A stretch of DNA of 58,236 bases from an uncultured Candidatus Saccharibacteria bacterium (GCA_964387275.1 CAYLVW010000002.1:1-58236), one strand, 5' to 3'; shown: positions 8,884 to 18,545, counted from the stretch's first letter. The notes: generated by a model from the sequence alone, not told the origin. Program-made: numbers and translations.

Positions 8884-9299
8884 TTTATTTTCCTAATACT
8901 TTCAGAAACACTCTCAAAATATATCTTAACAATATTTCCTTTAATATAAGAAATAAACTTATCAGGCCATTCTATTACAGTAATAGAATCGGAAGAAATC
9001 ATTTCAGATAATCCCAAATCAACAAACTCTATGTAATTTGTAAGTCTATACAGATCTAAATGATTAATTAGCTTAATTGAACCTATGTTAGGAGACTTGT
9101 TATATTTACGATGTAAAACAAAAGTAGGACTCTGCACTCTATCACTAAATCCCAACTCAGAAACCAGAAAATTTGTAAAAGTTGTTTTTCCAGCACCAAG
9201 ATCTCCAAACAACAATACTATCTCGCCACCTTTAAGTCTCGAGGCTATTTTGTGAGCAAACTCTTTAGTTTCTTGGGTAGATGAGGATATAACTTCCAT
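8874..9299 (-). CDS. tsaE: tRNA threonylcarbamoyladenosine biosynthesis ATPase TsaE
   Basis: P-loop GDLGAGKTTF followed by SPTF and the DLYRL-type motifs typical of YjeE/TsaE. 141 aa. Confidence 0.85.
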   Translation of the reverse strand: MEVISSSTQETKEFAHKIASRLKGGEIVLLFGDLGAGKTTFTNFLVSELGFSDRVQSPTFVLHRKYNKSPNIGSIKLINHLDLYRLTNYIEFVDLGLSEMISSDSITVIEWPDKFISYIKGNIVKIYFESVSESIRKIKCI

Positions 9300-9622
9300 A
9301 CAATTAAACTCCCGAGCAATATTCCCAGATTATCCACCATTATGTCAAACATACCGGCAGATCTTCCTGGCACAAATTTCTGATGAAATTCATCAGTGAT
9401 TGAGTATATAAAGGCCAAAAACATAGCCCTGTAAGAATTTCCCAGTGCTTTATATAAAGAAAGGTAGAGTACCGTATACATAAAAAAATGTCCATTAATA
9501 TGCAATGCTTCATTACCTAAGCCATTTGAATTAATAGTTCTGCCATCCAAGGAGGAAAGTACAAATATAAATACCATAACAAGTACGCTTGGAACCCAAT
9601 TTGTGATCTGTTTAGTGGTCAT
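9245..9622 (-). CDS. VanZ-like family membrane protein
   Basis: Four hydrophobic segments and the DEFHQKFVPGRS..D..DN motif characteristic of VanZ-like proteins. Confidence 0.7.
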   Translation of the reverse strand: MTTKQITNWVPSVLVMVFIFVLSSLDGRTINSNGLGNEALHINGHFFMYTVLYLSLYKALGNSYRAMFLAFIYSITDEFHQKFVPGRSAGMFDIMVDNLGILLGSLIVWKLYPHLPKKLKSLLTK

Positions 9623-9653
9623 TTAATAATAATACAACATAAACTTGGCAGGA

Positions 9654-10193
9654 CTAATGAGGAGGTTTACTTTTTATGTAAATAATTACTAATGGTGCAG
9701 AGATCAGAAGCACTATACAGGCATACAAATACCCTTTATGTGAAAAATTAAATACACCAACCTCATTAAGAGACTGGACGGAGCGAGTAGTTTGAGGAGC
9801 TACACTAGATTCATTAGCTACCTTTAATATATTATCGTGAAGTCTATTTAAGTATCGTTTGTTATATTCTCTACTATAAATAGTAATTTTATTTGTATAA
9901 AACTTCTCCCCGGTCTTCTTATGCTGAATCTGCAAATACACATAATCTTTTTCAAGTAGTTTTGGGGCAAATATAGAAATTGTTGAACCTAATACTTCCC
10001 CCTCACCATATGCAGTACCATTATCTGATAAAACGGAGTAAGAAAACTCGCTGTATTTGGAACTATCAAGCTTGGAATCAAGATCAATAGTTAAACTATT
10101 ATCAGAACCGGGTATAGACTCTCGGGAACTTATGGCAAAAGGGTAGCTAATAAAACTACCTAATAATAAAGAAAGTAATAAAATGTAACTCAC
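9654..10193 (-). CDS. Hypothetical exported protein with C-terminal membrane anchor
   Basis: N-terminal signal-like hydrophobic segment and a C-terminal TM (ACIVLLISAPLVIIYI). No recognised domain. Confidence 0.5.
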   Translation of the reverse strand: MSYILLLSLLLGSFISYPFAISSRESIPGSDNSLTIDLDSKLDSSKYSEFSYSVLSDNGTAYGEGEVLGSTISIFAPKLLEKDYVYLQIQHKKTGEKFYTNKITIYSREYNKRYLNRLHDNILKVANESSVAPQTTRSVQSLNEVGVFNFSHKGYLYACIVLLISAPLVIIYIKSKPPH

Positions 10194-10234
10194 AGAACAT
10201 ATTATGCCTACGAATTATTAAGAAATTATGAAGA

Positions 10235-11518
10235 TTATTTAAACGCAATTGCTTGGAAAATAGAATTCCAGCTATACCTATCAGTAAAAACTAAGTCTGG
10301 GCCATAAAAAGGATCATGCATTATATATTTACCGTTTTTCTTTTCTATTATTACAACAAAGTGAGTACCTACACTATTGTTTGCATAAACCCCAACAATA
10401 ACCGGGTTCCCTTTTGAAAGCTCTGAATCTATTCCTGATTTACCTACATTGGTATATTTTCTACCGTCGACACCAGGCCAAGGTATTAACATTGCTGCGG
10501 TGGATGAAAAAAAATAAGAAGCATTTGAGGCAATTTTGGCTGGTGTAGTATTGGATCCGTAATACTTATGCACCATAGCAACACTCGTAACCAAGCACCC
10601 AACCTCATAAATGGTATCATAGGATCTTCCTATCCTGTTTCCGGCCCACCTACTATCTCTCTGAGAAAAGTAATTCCCATCTTCACCAGAGCCAAAGCCG
10701 TTGCTCCCAATAGTCCCTCCCCCAGCAGACGAAACAAAGCCCTTAAATGAGTTTAATTCTGCTTGAGCCTCTTCCAATAAAGCTTGGTATTTGGTCTCAT
10801 CATTCTTGGTTACTTCAAGCAGACGCTGCTTCTCATACCGCTGCCCCTCAAGTGATCTTTTCTGATACTCTTGATTTGCCTTCTCCTGCTCTAGTTGTTG
10901 TTTTAAGGTTTCCTCGCTCTTTTTCGTTTCTTCATATATAGTTTTCTGATTTAAATATTCCTGCTTGGTATTGTTCATTTCGGTTAACAATTTTTGATCA
11001 TTTATACCAGCTACAGTGAGATACTCAGCCTTTTTTACAATATCATTTAAAGATAGCGCTCCAAAAATACTCATAAATATGGAGTCATCACGTACCTTAT
11101 ACTTTTCCCGCATCCTATTATCAAGTAGGCTATCCTGATATTTAATGGACTCCTCTAGCTTGCCAATCCTACCGGCTAAATCATTAATATTGCCAGCCAA
11201 TCTTTCAATTTGCTTAATTTTTTCATTAATACTTTTCTGAGAAGATTGAATTCGTAATAATGTGAGATTAATTTGGGTGTCGAAATACTCTATTTCATTA
11301 GATAGTGAGGAAGATCTGGAGGCTAAATCATCCAGTTTTTTTTGATACTTTTCAATATCGTCTTCCAAATCCTCGATTTCTTCTGTGTTATCTTCTACCA
11401 CAGTCTGGGCGTACACTAATTTTACAAAAGTATAAACAGACTTATAGTTGTACAGTAAACTCCCCAAAAGTAATAAAAATAAAAGAAAAAGTGTTCCTTT
11501 TACAAGAGTCTTAAACAT
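10235..11518 (-). CDS. Coiled-coil protein with C-terminal papain-like (C39-like) cysteine peptidase domain; PcsB/EnvC-analogous FtsEX partner candidate
   Basis: N-terminal TM/signal, then about 240 aa of heptad-rich E/K/Q/L sequence. C-terminal QRDSRW...VGCLVTSVAMV...GTHFVVI...HDP gives a Cys-His-Asp order. Lies directly downstream of ftsX. Confidence 0.65.
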   Translation of the reverse strand: MFKTLVKGTLFLLFLLLLGSLLYNYKSVYTFVKLVYAQTVVEDNTEEIEDLEDDIEKYQKKLDDLASRSSSLSNEIEYFDTQINLTLLRIQSSQKSINEKIKQIERLAGNINDLAGRIGKLEESIKYQDSLLDNRMREKYKVRDDSIFMSIFGALSLNDIVKKAEYLTVAGINDQKLLTEMNNTKQEYLNQKTIYEETKKSEETLKQQLEQEKANQEYQKRSLEGQRYEKQRLLEVTKNDETKYQALLEEAQAELNSFKGFVSSAGGGTIGSNGFGSGEDGNYFSQRDSRWAGNRIGRSYDTIYEVGCLVTSVAMVHKYYGSNTTPAKIASNASYFFSSTAAMLIPWPGVDGRKYTNVGKSGIDSELSKGNPVIVGVYANNSVGTHFVVIIEKKNGKYIMHDPFYGPDLVFTDRYSWNSIFQAIAFK

Positions 11519-11531
11519 CTATTCCTGTCCT

Positions 11532-12419
11532 TTAATAATCCAAATATCTTTTTATTGCAGACCAGCTACCAAAGTACCCTAAAGATACTCCGGACACCAT
11601 AATACATATTGCGAGTATCAGCGAATATAAAATAGGGCTTATAATAAAACCTGATGCAAATGCCAAGCTGAATCCACCACTATAAAAGCCTGTCAACTGC
11701 ACTAGAGAACTGACAAGTACTATAATAAACCCAGCGATCAAAGAAGATATCCCACTTAAAAAAAGTCCCTGGAAAATAAGAGGCTTCTTAACATAATTAT
11801 CGGAAGCACCAACCAATTTCATTATCTCCAACTCCTTACCCTTACTATTTATAACTGTTCTTAGAGTAACAAGAACGACTGAATAAGAAATAGTGAAAAA
11901 TACTAAAACCAGGGCTAAACCGCCAATATAAATTACGCTACTCCAATATCTAAACCTTTCTATAACATCTTTAAAGAATTTGATCTCTTCCACGCCATCG
12001 ATACCTTTGTATTCCTCAAACAAAACATTAAGATCATTTATATTCTTTGTCCGTACCTCCAAACTTGCAGGAAGAATTTCAGGGCTTATAGATTCTAAGA
12101 GAATAGGCTCATCTTTGTTTATCTCTTTAAAAATTTCAAAGGCTTGATCTTTAGACACATATTTTACTTCCAAAACCCTTGTATCTGCAACAAACTGATC
12201 TTTTAATTCGAGAATTTTAATTTCCGGGAAGTCATCTTTAAAAAACAGTGTAACTTGAGCCTGCTGTTCAAGGTTTTTAACAAATGATTGGGTTAATACA
12301 ACAACCGTTATAAATACCCCAAGTAACAAAAATGTAATTGTCATAACAAAGACATTCGAGATAAATAACAACCTCTCTCTTTTAAGATTTTGCTTCACCC
12401 TACTCCAAGTACTAACCAT
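11532..12419 (-). CDS. ftsX: Cell-division ABC transporter permease-like protein FtsX
   Basis: Four-TM layout with a large first extracytoplasmic loop. ATG 12419 is preceded by GGAGGGAAG and overlaps the ftsE stop by 8 nt. The track start 12464 lies inside ftsE. Confidence 0.85.
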   Translation of the reverse strand: MVSTWSRVKQNLKRERLLFISNVFVMTITFLLLGVFITVVVLTQSFVKNLEQQAQVTLFFKDDFPEIKILELKDQFVADTRVLEVKYVSKDQAFEIFKEINKDEPILLESISPEILPASLEVRTKNINDLNVLFEEYKGIDGVEEIKFFKDVIERFRYWSSVIYIGGLALVLVFFTISYSVVLVTLRTVINSKGKELEIMKLVGASDNYVKKPLIFQGLFLSGISSLIAGFIIVLVSSLVQLTGFYSGGFSLAFASGFIISPILYSLILAICIMVSGVSLGYFGSWSAIKRYLDY

Positions 12420-13110
12420 TATACTTCCCTCCCTTTTTATCTGATTTAAGTAGACCATTCTCAATTCGAATTACTCTTTTTTTCATCCTGTTTACTACAT
12501 TCTGATCGTGTGTTGCCATAACAATGGTCGCCCCAAGTGTATTAATCTTTTCCAAAATTTCTATAACTGTGTCGGAAGCAGCAGGATCAATCATACCAGT
12601 AGGCTCGTCCGCAATTATCACGTCAGGCTCATGAGCCAAGGCTCTAGCTATGGATACTCGTTGTTTCTCGCCCCCAGACAGCTGATACGGGTATTTAAAC
12701 ATCTTATCAGCAAGCCCTACCATACTTAGGACATTAGGAACTATAGTCTTAATAACCCTGTCAGGTGTATCTACAACTTCTAAGGCTATTGATACATTTT
12801 CATAAATATTTTTTGAGGGCAATAATTTGAAATCTTGAAATACAACACCAATATGCCTTCTTAAATTAGACACATCATCTTTTTTTATGTTTAAAATACT
12901 CTGACCACGAAACAGTATGTCACCATCGTCAGGAGCCTCTTCTTTTATTAGCATTTTTACCAAGGTAGATTTACCTGCCCCAGAAGGACCAACTAAAAAT
13001 ACAAATTCGCCATCTTCTATGCTAAAAGAAACGTTCTTTAAAGCAGTAACGTTACTATCATATGTTTTTGATACGTTTACAAACTCAATTTGAGACATTT
13101 GCATCTCCAC
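12412..13110 (-). CDS. ftsE: Cell-division ATP-binding protein FtsE
   Basis: Walker A GPSGAGKST, ABC signature LSGGEKQR and Walker B IIADEPTG. Adjacent to ftsX. Confidence 0.9.
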   Translation of the reverse strand: MEMQMSQIEFVNVSKTYDSNVTALKNVSFSIEDGEFVFLVGPSGAGKSTLVKMLIKEEAPDDGDILFRGQSILNIKKDDVSNLRRHIGVVFQDFKLLPSKNIYENVSIALEVVDTPDRVIKTIVPNVLSMVGLADKMFKYPYQLSGGEKQRVSIARALAHEPDVIIADEPTGMIDPAASDTVIEILEKINTLGATIVMATHDQNVVNRMKKRVIRIENGLLKSDKKGGKYNG

Positions 13111-13498
13111 TTAATACAACTTTGGTTACAATTAAAACATCTCTCTGATTATCGGAAGACTTACCTAAATACCCATATACGGTGACATCGTGATTTTCTA
13201 CAAGGGTAAGTTTATCATCATTTGACTGAAGCAAATATAACTCCTTACCTTGATCATCAGCTAGAAAAAAACTAATACCCTCACCAACCCTTGATCTATC
13301 CATAAGATATTTAACTCTACCAAAGTAGGACTCCTTATTCTCGGTTTGTTGCTTAGACTCTTGATTTTTAGAACTGCTGGAAAGTTGATCACTAATCCTA
13401 TTTGTAATATAGAAAACCCCAAAAAAGACTAGCACTATTGCTACAAAATAGGTAAGCAGTTTTTTGTAATCAATGTTGTGAATGGGCAAGTTATTCAT
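13085..13498 (-). CDS. Hypothetical membrane-anchored protein
   Basis: One N-terminal TM helix, an S/Q/K-rich linker and a beta-rich C-terminal part. Overlaps the ftsE start. Confidence 0.5.
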   Translation of the reverse strand: MNNLPIHNIDYKKLLTYFVAIVLVFFGVFYITNRISDQLSSSSKNQESKQQTENKESYFGRVKYLMDRSRVGEGISFFLADDQGKELYLLQSNDDKLTLVENHDVTVYGYLGKSSDNQRDVLIVTKVVLSGDANVSN

Positions 13499-13581
13499 AA
13501 GATCTACAACAAATTATACATTATCCTTCTAAGATTTTCCTGAGTGTAAATTCTATAAGCAACATCAAATTTCAGGAGTTG

Positions 13582-14655
13582 TTACTTGATATGTTTACTT
13601 GCGTTAGCTAAATGCTCCGCTAGAGTAACTGCATAGTACACAGTGCCTTCACTATCTGTTAAGTAATAATAGTATTTCGTGGCTTCCATACTAAGTACTG
13701 CTTTTATGGTATCCAAACTGGGGCTTGCAATAGCAGTAGGAGGTAAACCAAGCATCTTTCTAGTATTGTACTGATTCTCGGTATCTAAATCAGCTTGTGT
13801 AAGCTCAGACGGCCACCACTCTACAGATTTTACTTTTTCAGAATCTGGGCATGAATTATCAGTAAGGGTACAGCCCATTTTCATTCTCGCTACAATATAT
13901 TGAGTTGTTGCATCTGCACCAATAAGCATCTCTTCTTTCCACCTCTTATACAAAATACCTGCAACCTTCTTCTTATCCTCTTCGGATCTGACTTCCCGCT
14001 CTACAATTGAGGCGAAAGTAACAACCTGAGATTCGGTTATACCAAGTCTATCTAAAGTAGCATCATCGTATAAACCGTCTGTTTTTAGACTGTACGTATC
14101 AAGTAATTTATCAACAATATCTTTCTCAGATACCTCAACACCAAAATAGTATGTATCAGGATATAAAAACCCCTCATAAGGTTTTGCAAGACCCACAAAT
14201 GTCTGGTAATCAACGTTTGGGTAAATGCGTGAAGCTTCTCGGGCAAACTCCTCTACACGCCAACCCTCTAAAAATGTAACCTTAGCGTCATTAGTACCAA
14301 CTTGAAGTAATTTGACCAACTCAACAACAGACAACCCAGGATTCACTTTATATACTCCAGCTTGTAAGTTTTTGTCGTAGCCATGTAGCCTTGTATATAA
14401 ATAAAATAGAAACTTAGAGCTAACTAACCCCTCCAAGTACAATCCGTCAGATATCTCACTTAAAGAATCTCCCTTTTTTATCTCAAACCCAACTTCCTTA
14501 GTATTTTGAGCGGGTCGATTTATTGCAAAACTATAGTACTGAAATAAGGCAAATGGAACTACTAACAGAGTAAGTACTAACCCAATGATCAAAAGGTTTA
14601 ATTTATTTTTAGGATTAAGTACATGGTATTTGTTTGGATCTAGTTCATGAGTCAT
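13582..14655 (-). CDS. mltG: Endolytic murein transglycosylase MltG (YceG-like)
   Basis: N-terminal TM plus the YceG motifs ASIVEREV and YNTRKMLGLPPTAIASP. Confidence 0.85.
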   Translation of the reverse strand: MTHELDPNKYHVLNPKNKLNLLIIGLVLTLLVVPFALFQYYSFAINRPAQNTKEVGFEIKKGDSLSEISDGLYLEGLVSSKFLFYLYTRLHGYDKNLQAGVYKVNPGLSVVELVKLLQVGTNDAKVTFLEGWRVEEFAREASRIYPNVDYQTFVGLAKPYEGFLYPDTYYFGVEVSEKDIVDKLLDTYSLKTDGLYDDATLDRLGITESQVVTFASIVEREVRSEEDKKKVAGILYKRWKEEMLIGADATTQYIVARMKMGCTLTDNSCPDSEKVKSVEWWPSELTQADLDTENQYNTRKMLGLPPTAIASPSLDTIKAVLSMEATKYYYYLTDSEGTVYYAVTLAEHLANASKHIK

Positions 14656-14696
14656 GAAGATATAATATCACAGGCAACGCATTTAAAAGTTTATGT

Positions 14697-15752
14697 CTAC
14701 TTGGTTATAGATTTTAAAGCATCTCGACCTTTAGCGTAGTATTCTTTTCCCCTTCTTGCCGCTTCGTGCACTAAAAAGGCTGCACCTGTGTTTATTGCTT
14801 GCTCCATTTGATACATAGCGGATACTACTTTTGGTTTTCCGGCTTCTACTAGGTCAGACATAGTATCAAATAGTGTTTCGGCAGCTTTCATACCAGCCTC
14901 TCTAAGCTCAATGGATGCATTTTCAAGTTCCATAGCAATAACAGCTCTGGATGTGGTAACACCCTCAGCTAGTTCCCTACCTATAGCTTCTTTGGGAGTA
15001 ATTACAGACATTAATAAGCCGTTGATTACACTGTTAGACATTACTACAGGTCCTACACCATAATGGCTTCTGACACTTTCAAAGTACTTTGCTATTTCGT
15101 TGGGTTGATCTCTCGCTACCTTTAGTATGTCGCCTTTTGATAGCGAGGATTTTGTTAAGACATCTAAAGAAGCAGGCAGGGGCTCTCCATAAATTCCAGC
15201 ACCACTAAACCCCAACTCTCCTAAATGCCTTGGAAGATTTTTTACATCAAAAGGCTTAAATCTCTTTTTAGTTGAATCTGCAACATCTACTTGATATTCT
15301 CTTGTTTCTGCTGTTGCTGTTTCACTAACTGTAGTAGCTTCCTTGGGTTCCAATAAATTTAAAGTGCTAGCCTTTCTACCAAAACCTCTACTAACATTGG
15401 GCTTCGTTCCTGGTGTGGCCTCAATAGAAAGTGCGGTCGATTCATGAGCAATAGTTGCAACTTCTACAACAGTAGCTTCAGAAACTACAGTGGCCTCAGA
15501 GACTGCAGTTTCACCGTCTACCTCATGCTCTGAAGTTCGTGCAAGAGAAGTTACATCCTCTAATGGAGGTAAGGTAGGTCTATCTGCTGGATCTATCAAA
15601 TGCGGTTTAGTAGGAGATCGCAGTGTTGGGCTTTCCATTGAGTGAGTGTAGTTGTCTGTTCTATCTGGATCAGCCTCAGCCATTGCATCCAAGGGGTTTG
15701 TGTCGCCCTCAAGAGCACTAAATACCTCGGAACCTAAATCAACTTCTGACAT
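14697..15752 (-). CDS. Orphan protein with acidic, disordered N-terminal half and helical C-terminal half
   Basis: ATG 15752 (MSEVDLG) is preceded by AAAGGAG, while the track start is 15773. Contains the tandem SEATVV SEATVV. Visibly higher G+C than the flanks. No recognised domain. Confidence 0.6.
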   Translation of the reverse strand: MSEVDLGSEVFSALEGDTNPLDAMAEADPDRTDNYTHSMESPTLRSPTKPHLIDPADRPTLPPLEDVTSLARTSEHEVDGETAVSEATVVSEATVVEVATIAHESTALSIEATPGTKPNVSRGFGRKASTLNLLEPKEATTVSETATAETREYQVDVADSTKKRFKPFDVKNLPRHLGELGFSGAGIYGEPLPASLDVLTKSSLSKGDILKVARDQPNEIAKYFESVRSHYGVGPVVMSNSVINGLLMSVITPKEAIGRELAEGVTTSRAVIAMELENASIELREAGMKAAETLFDTMSDLVEAGKPKVVSAMYQMEQAINTGAAFLVHEAARRGKEYYAKGRDALKSITK

Positions 15753-16125
15753 CAGATTTGACTCCTTTCTCAACCAAAAAGCCTACAAATCCCGGCACAA
15801 TTCCTGTAACAACTTTTTGGTATAGTTTTTCCGGATCAACCACTGAGGGATTTTTAATTATGTAAGAAGATAGATTGAGAAACCAACGCTTTTGCATTTC
15901 AGCCTCAGAAATATGCATTGCAGGAATCCCATCCCAAACTTCTTTCTTTTGTTCTTCGGATAGTAATTCATAGTAAGTTGAGTTGATCCTCGAACTTAAA
16001 TATTCTTTTAAGGAATCAGTTAGGTATTTAGATTCTTCTTCTGAGTACCCTTTTGAATCAACTAACTCTGCTGTTAACATTTTCATTGTTTCAGAAAATA
16101 AACCAGATTTCTTACTACTTGTCAT
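15739..16125 (-). CDS. Small helical hypothetical protein, translationally coupled to 14697..15752
   Basis: 128-aa ORF whose stop overlaps the downstream start by 14 nt. No recognised motif. Confidence 0.5.
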   Translation of the reverse strand: MTSSKKSGLFSETMKMLTAELVDSKGYSEEESKYLTDSLKEYLSSRINSTYYELLSEEQKKEVWDGIPAMHISEAEMQKRWFLNLSSYIIKNPSVVDPEKLYQKVVTGIVPGFVGFLVEKGVKSDVRS

Positions 16126-16148
16126 ATTAAAATAATATAGACCTTTTC

Positions 16149-16157
16149 TGGTAGAAT
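16149..16157 (+). promoter_or_regulatory. Extended -10 promoter (TGgTAGAAT) for rnpB
   Basis: TGGTAGAAT ends 6 nt before the first nucleotide of the predicted RNase P RNA P1 stem. Confidence 0.5.
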
Positions 16158-16163
16158 CAACAT

Positions 16164-16482
16164 GCAGGAAGCAAACCTATCGCTTTACGCAAGTAAAGAG
16201 GAAAGTCCGGACTGCACAAAGCAGGGAACGGAGGGCAATCTCCGACGGGTAACCGCTGGTGCCTTTAGTTGAAAAGCAACAAGGACAGAGCTTGAATCGA
16301 CAAGCTTTGAGAGCAACAGTGACGAATCTTTCTCTAAACCCTAGGGCATGAGAAAGAGTGAAACGGGCAATCCCACCCGCAGTAATCCACGACTACGTCG
16401 TTATAGCTCGCTTGGCAAGACGTGAAGATGGAGCATAGATAGATGATGGGTTAATACAGAATCCGGCTTATTAGCTTCCTGC
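16164..16482 (+). ncRNA. rnpB: RNase P RNA (bacterial type)
   Basis: P1 pairing GCAGGAAGC (16164-16172) / GCTTCCTGC (16474-16482). Universal P4 strands GAGGAAAGTCCGGAC and ACAGAATCCGGCTTA. About 319 nt. Confidence 0.9.
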
Positions 16483-16606
16483 ACTATATATTAATTTACT
16501 GCATATAATCCCAAGATTTGACTTGTAGGAAAACCACACAAGAAAAACTCAGCACATAGTTTAAAGAAATAGATGGGCCAGCATGCTAAAGCAGGTGATT
16601 CCTCAC

Positions 16607-17608
16607 TTAAGATTTTTTCTCAGTATCAAAATTTAGCACTCGTTTTATTATTATCATCATAACCATAAATACCGGTATGGCTAAGATTGCACCCAAAATG
16701 CCGAAAAAGTTACTAAATACCATAAGAACAAATAGGATCATTAGAGGGCCGTACCCGGATACAGATCCCATGATTCTTGGAACCAAAATATTGTTCTCTA
16801 ATTGCTGAATAATAAAAAATAACACAATAACAGCAAGACCTTTCAAAGGCTCTTGGGTAAAGGCAACTACTGCGGCTATAACTGCCGAAATCACAGGACC
16901 AATTACAGGTATAAACTCTAGGACCCCTGCTATAAGGCCTAGGGCCAAAGGGTAATCAACATCCAACAAATATAACCCCATAAAACTAAAGCCACCGATT
17001 ACCAACATCAAAATAAGCTGACCCTTTATCCAATTCCCTACCACGCTCTCAACTTCAACCAAAATAGATTCAACTGAATACTTATATTTATCAGAAAAAA
17101 AACCTATAAATCTCTTTTTAAGATTAGGTAGATCGAAAGAAACGTATAATGAAAACATAATTACTGTAATAAAGTTTGTTGCATTAGAAAAAACGCTTAC
17201 TGTAAGATTCAGGACATTATCCCCAAGTTGAGTTACTTGCGGAAGAATATTAGAAAGAGATAGTTCAAAGTTTTTCGGAACTGGAATGGCATTAAGAATC
17301 TCAGGCAAGGTTAAAAGTAGTTTTTGTATTTGAATAAAGACCGGTGGAAAAACTAATGTTGAAAAAACCACAATTGTAAAAAGCAGTATTGCGTAAGCGA
17401 TAATCACTGAGAGGGAGCGGCTAATCTTCAATCCCAGGAGTTTTTTACTTGAAAAAAATTGAACTAAACCTTCCAAAGCTATAACAACTAAAAATGAAAT
17501 TACGAGTAAGACAATCGTGTCAAATAATCTGTAGATCAAGTACCCACCTAAAATAATACCGAAAAACGCAAAAACACTTTTTACCGTTATTACTATTTGT
17601 TTATCCAT
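16607..17608 (-). CDS. AI-2E family transporter (PerM/UPF0118)
   Basis: Polytopic membrane protein with the FIPVIGPVISAV...NNILVPRIMG motif. Confidence 0.8.
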   Translation of the reverse strand: MDKQIVITVKSVFAFFGIILGGYLIYRLFDTIVLLVISFLVVIALEGLVQFFSSKKLLGLKISRSLSVIIAYAILLFTIVVFSTLVFPPVFIQIQKLLLTLPEILNAIPVPKNFELSLSNILPQVTQLGDNVLNLTVSVFSNATNFITVIMFSLYVSFDLPNLKKRFIGFFSDKYKYSVESILVEVESVVGNWIKGQLILMLVIGGFSFMGLYLLDVDYPLALGLIAGVLEFIPVIGPVISAVIAAVVAFTQEPLKGLAVIVLFFIIQQLENNILVPRIMGSVSGYGPLMILFVLMVFSNFFGILGAILAIPVFMVMMIIIKRVLNFDTEKKS

Positions 17609-17648
17609 ATTAAAGATATTTTAGGGGTTTACGACAAGAAAAACAACA

Positions 17649-18545
17649 TTACTTATCTAAAAAACTTAGAACGGTCTTCTCACAGCTATCGTAGTAATCA
17701 GTGGCAATATCAAACCAGTTTATTTCAGTGTTTCTTTTAAACCAAGTCAGTTGTCTTCTGATATAAGCGTGTGTATCAAATTTCGCCTGCAAGAGACCCA
17801 TATCAGCATCGACATGGCCTAGAATAACACTTCTAGCAGATTTATAAACCAAACCTGATAGATAATGTGATTTTGCGAATTTGGATTTTAATATTTCGCG
17901 GGTTTCCTTTAAGATAAGGTCCCAGTTTTCCTCCAACCACATATCAGAATGCTCGTAGAGATTCTCCCTATTTGAAGTAAGACCTATATACAGGCACTTA
18001 AAGTCTGGCACATAGACTGTGCTGTCTCGAGAAGCGGGGCTTACCGGTAACAAAAGTTTCTCAATGGATCTCACAAGTCTAACCTTATTCTTACTATCAA
18101 TTGAGCTATATGTTTCAGAAGAGAGATTTTTAAGCTGATTCTGCAAGTCATCCAGAGACTTTAAATTTAGGGATTCACGAAGCAATGTGTTGGTACTACC
18201 TGAATTTATTTGCACCCGCCCGGTTGCAGCATCCACATAAAACCCTGTTCCCCCTACTAATATAGGAATAGTGCCTACTGAAAATAGCTCCTTTAATTTT
18301 TTTTGTACCAGATTTTTGTAATCAAATGCGGAGAAACTCTCTGCGGGATTTACTAAGTCGTAACCAAAAATTCTACCCTGCACTACTTCACTCTTTTTTA
18401 ACTTCCCTGTTCCATAATCCAAACCTTTTACCATCTGCCTTGAATCTGCCGAAATGATCTCACCAGTAACTTTCGAAGACAATTTCTTAGCCAAAGAAGT
18501 TTTTCCTGTGCAAGTTGGGCCAACAATTACAATTAATTTATCCAT
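17649..18545 (-). CDS. miaA: tRNA dimethylallyltransferase MiaA
   Basis: P-loop IVGPTCTGKTS, the SADSRQ motif and TWFKR near the C-terminus. ATG 18545 (MDKLIVIV) is preferred and overlaps the miaB stop by 8 nt. Confidence 0.85.
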   Translation of the reverse strand: MDKLIVIVGPTCTGKTSLAKKLSSKVTGEIISADSRQMVKGLDYGTGKLKKSEVVQGRIFGYDLVNPAESFSAFDYKNLVQKKLKELFSVGTIPILVGGTGFYVDAATGRVQINSGSTNTLLRESLNLKSLDDLQNQLKNLSSETYSSIDSKNKVRLVRSIEKLLLPVSPASRDSTVYVPDFKCLYIGLTSNRENLYEHSDMWLEENWDLILKETREILKSKFAKSHYLSGLVYKSARSVILGHVDADMGLLQAKFDTHAYIRRQLTWFKRNTEINWFDIATDYYDSCEKTVLSFLDK

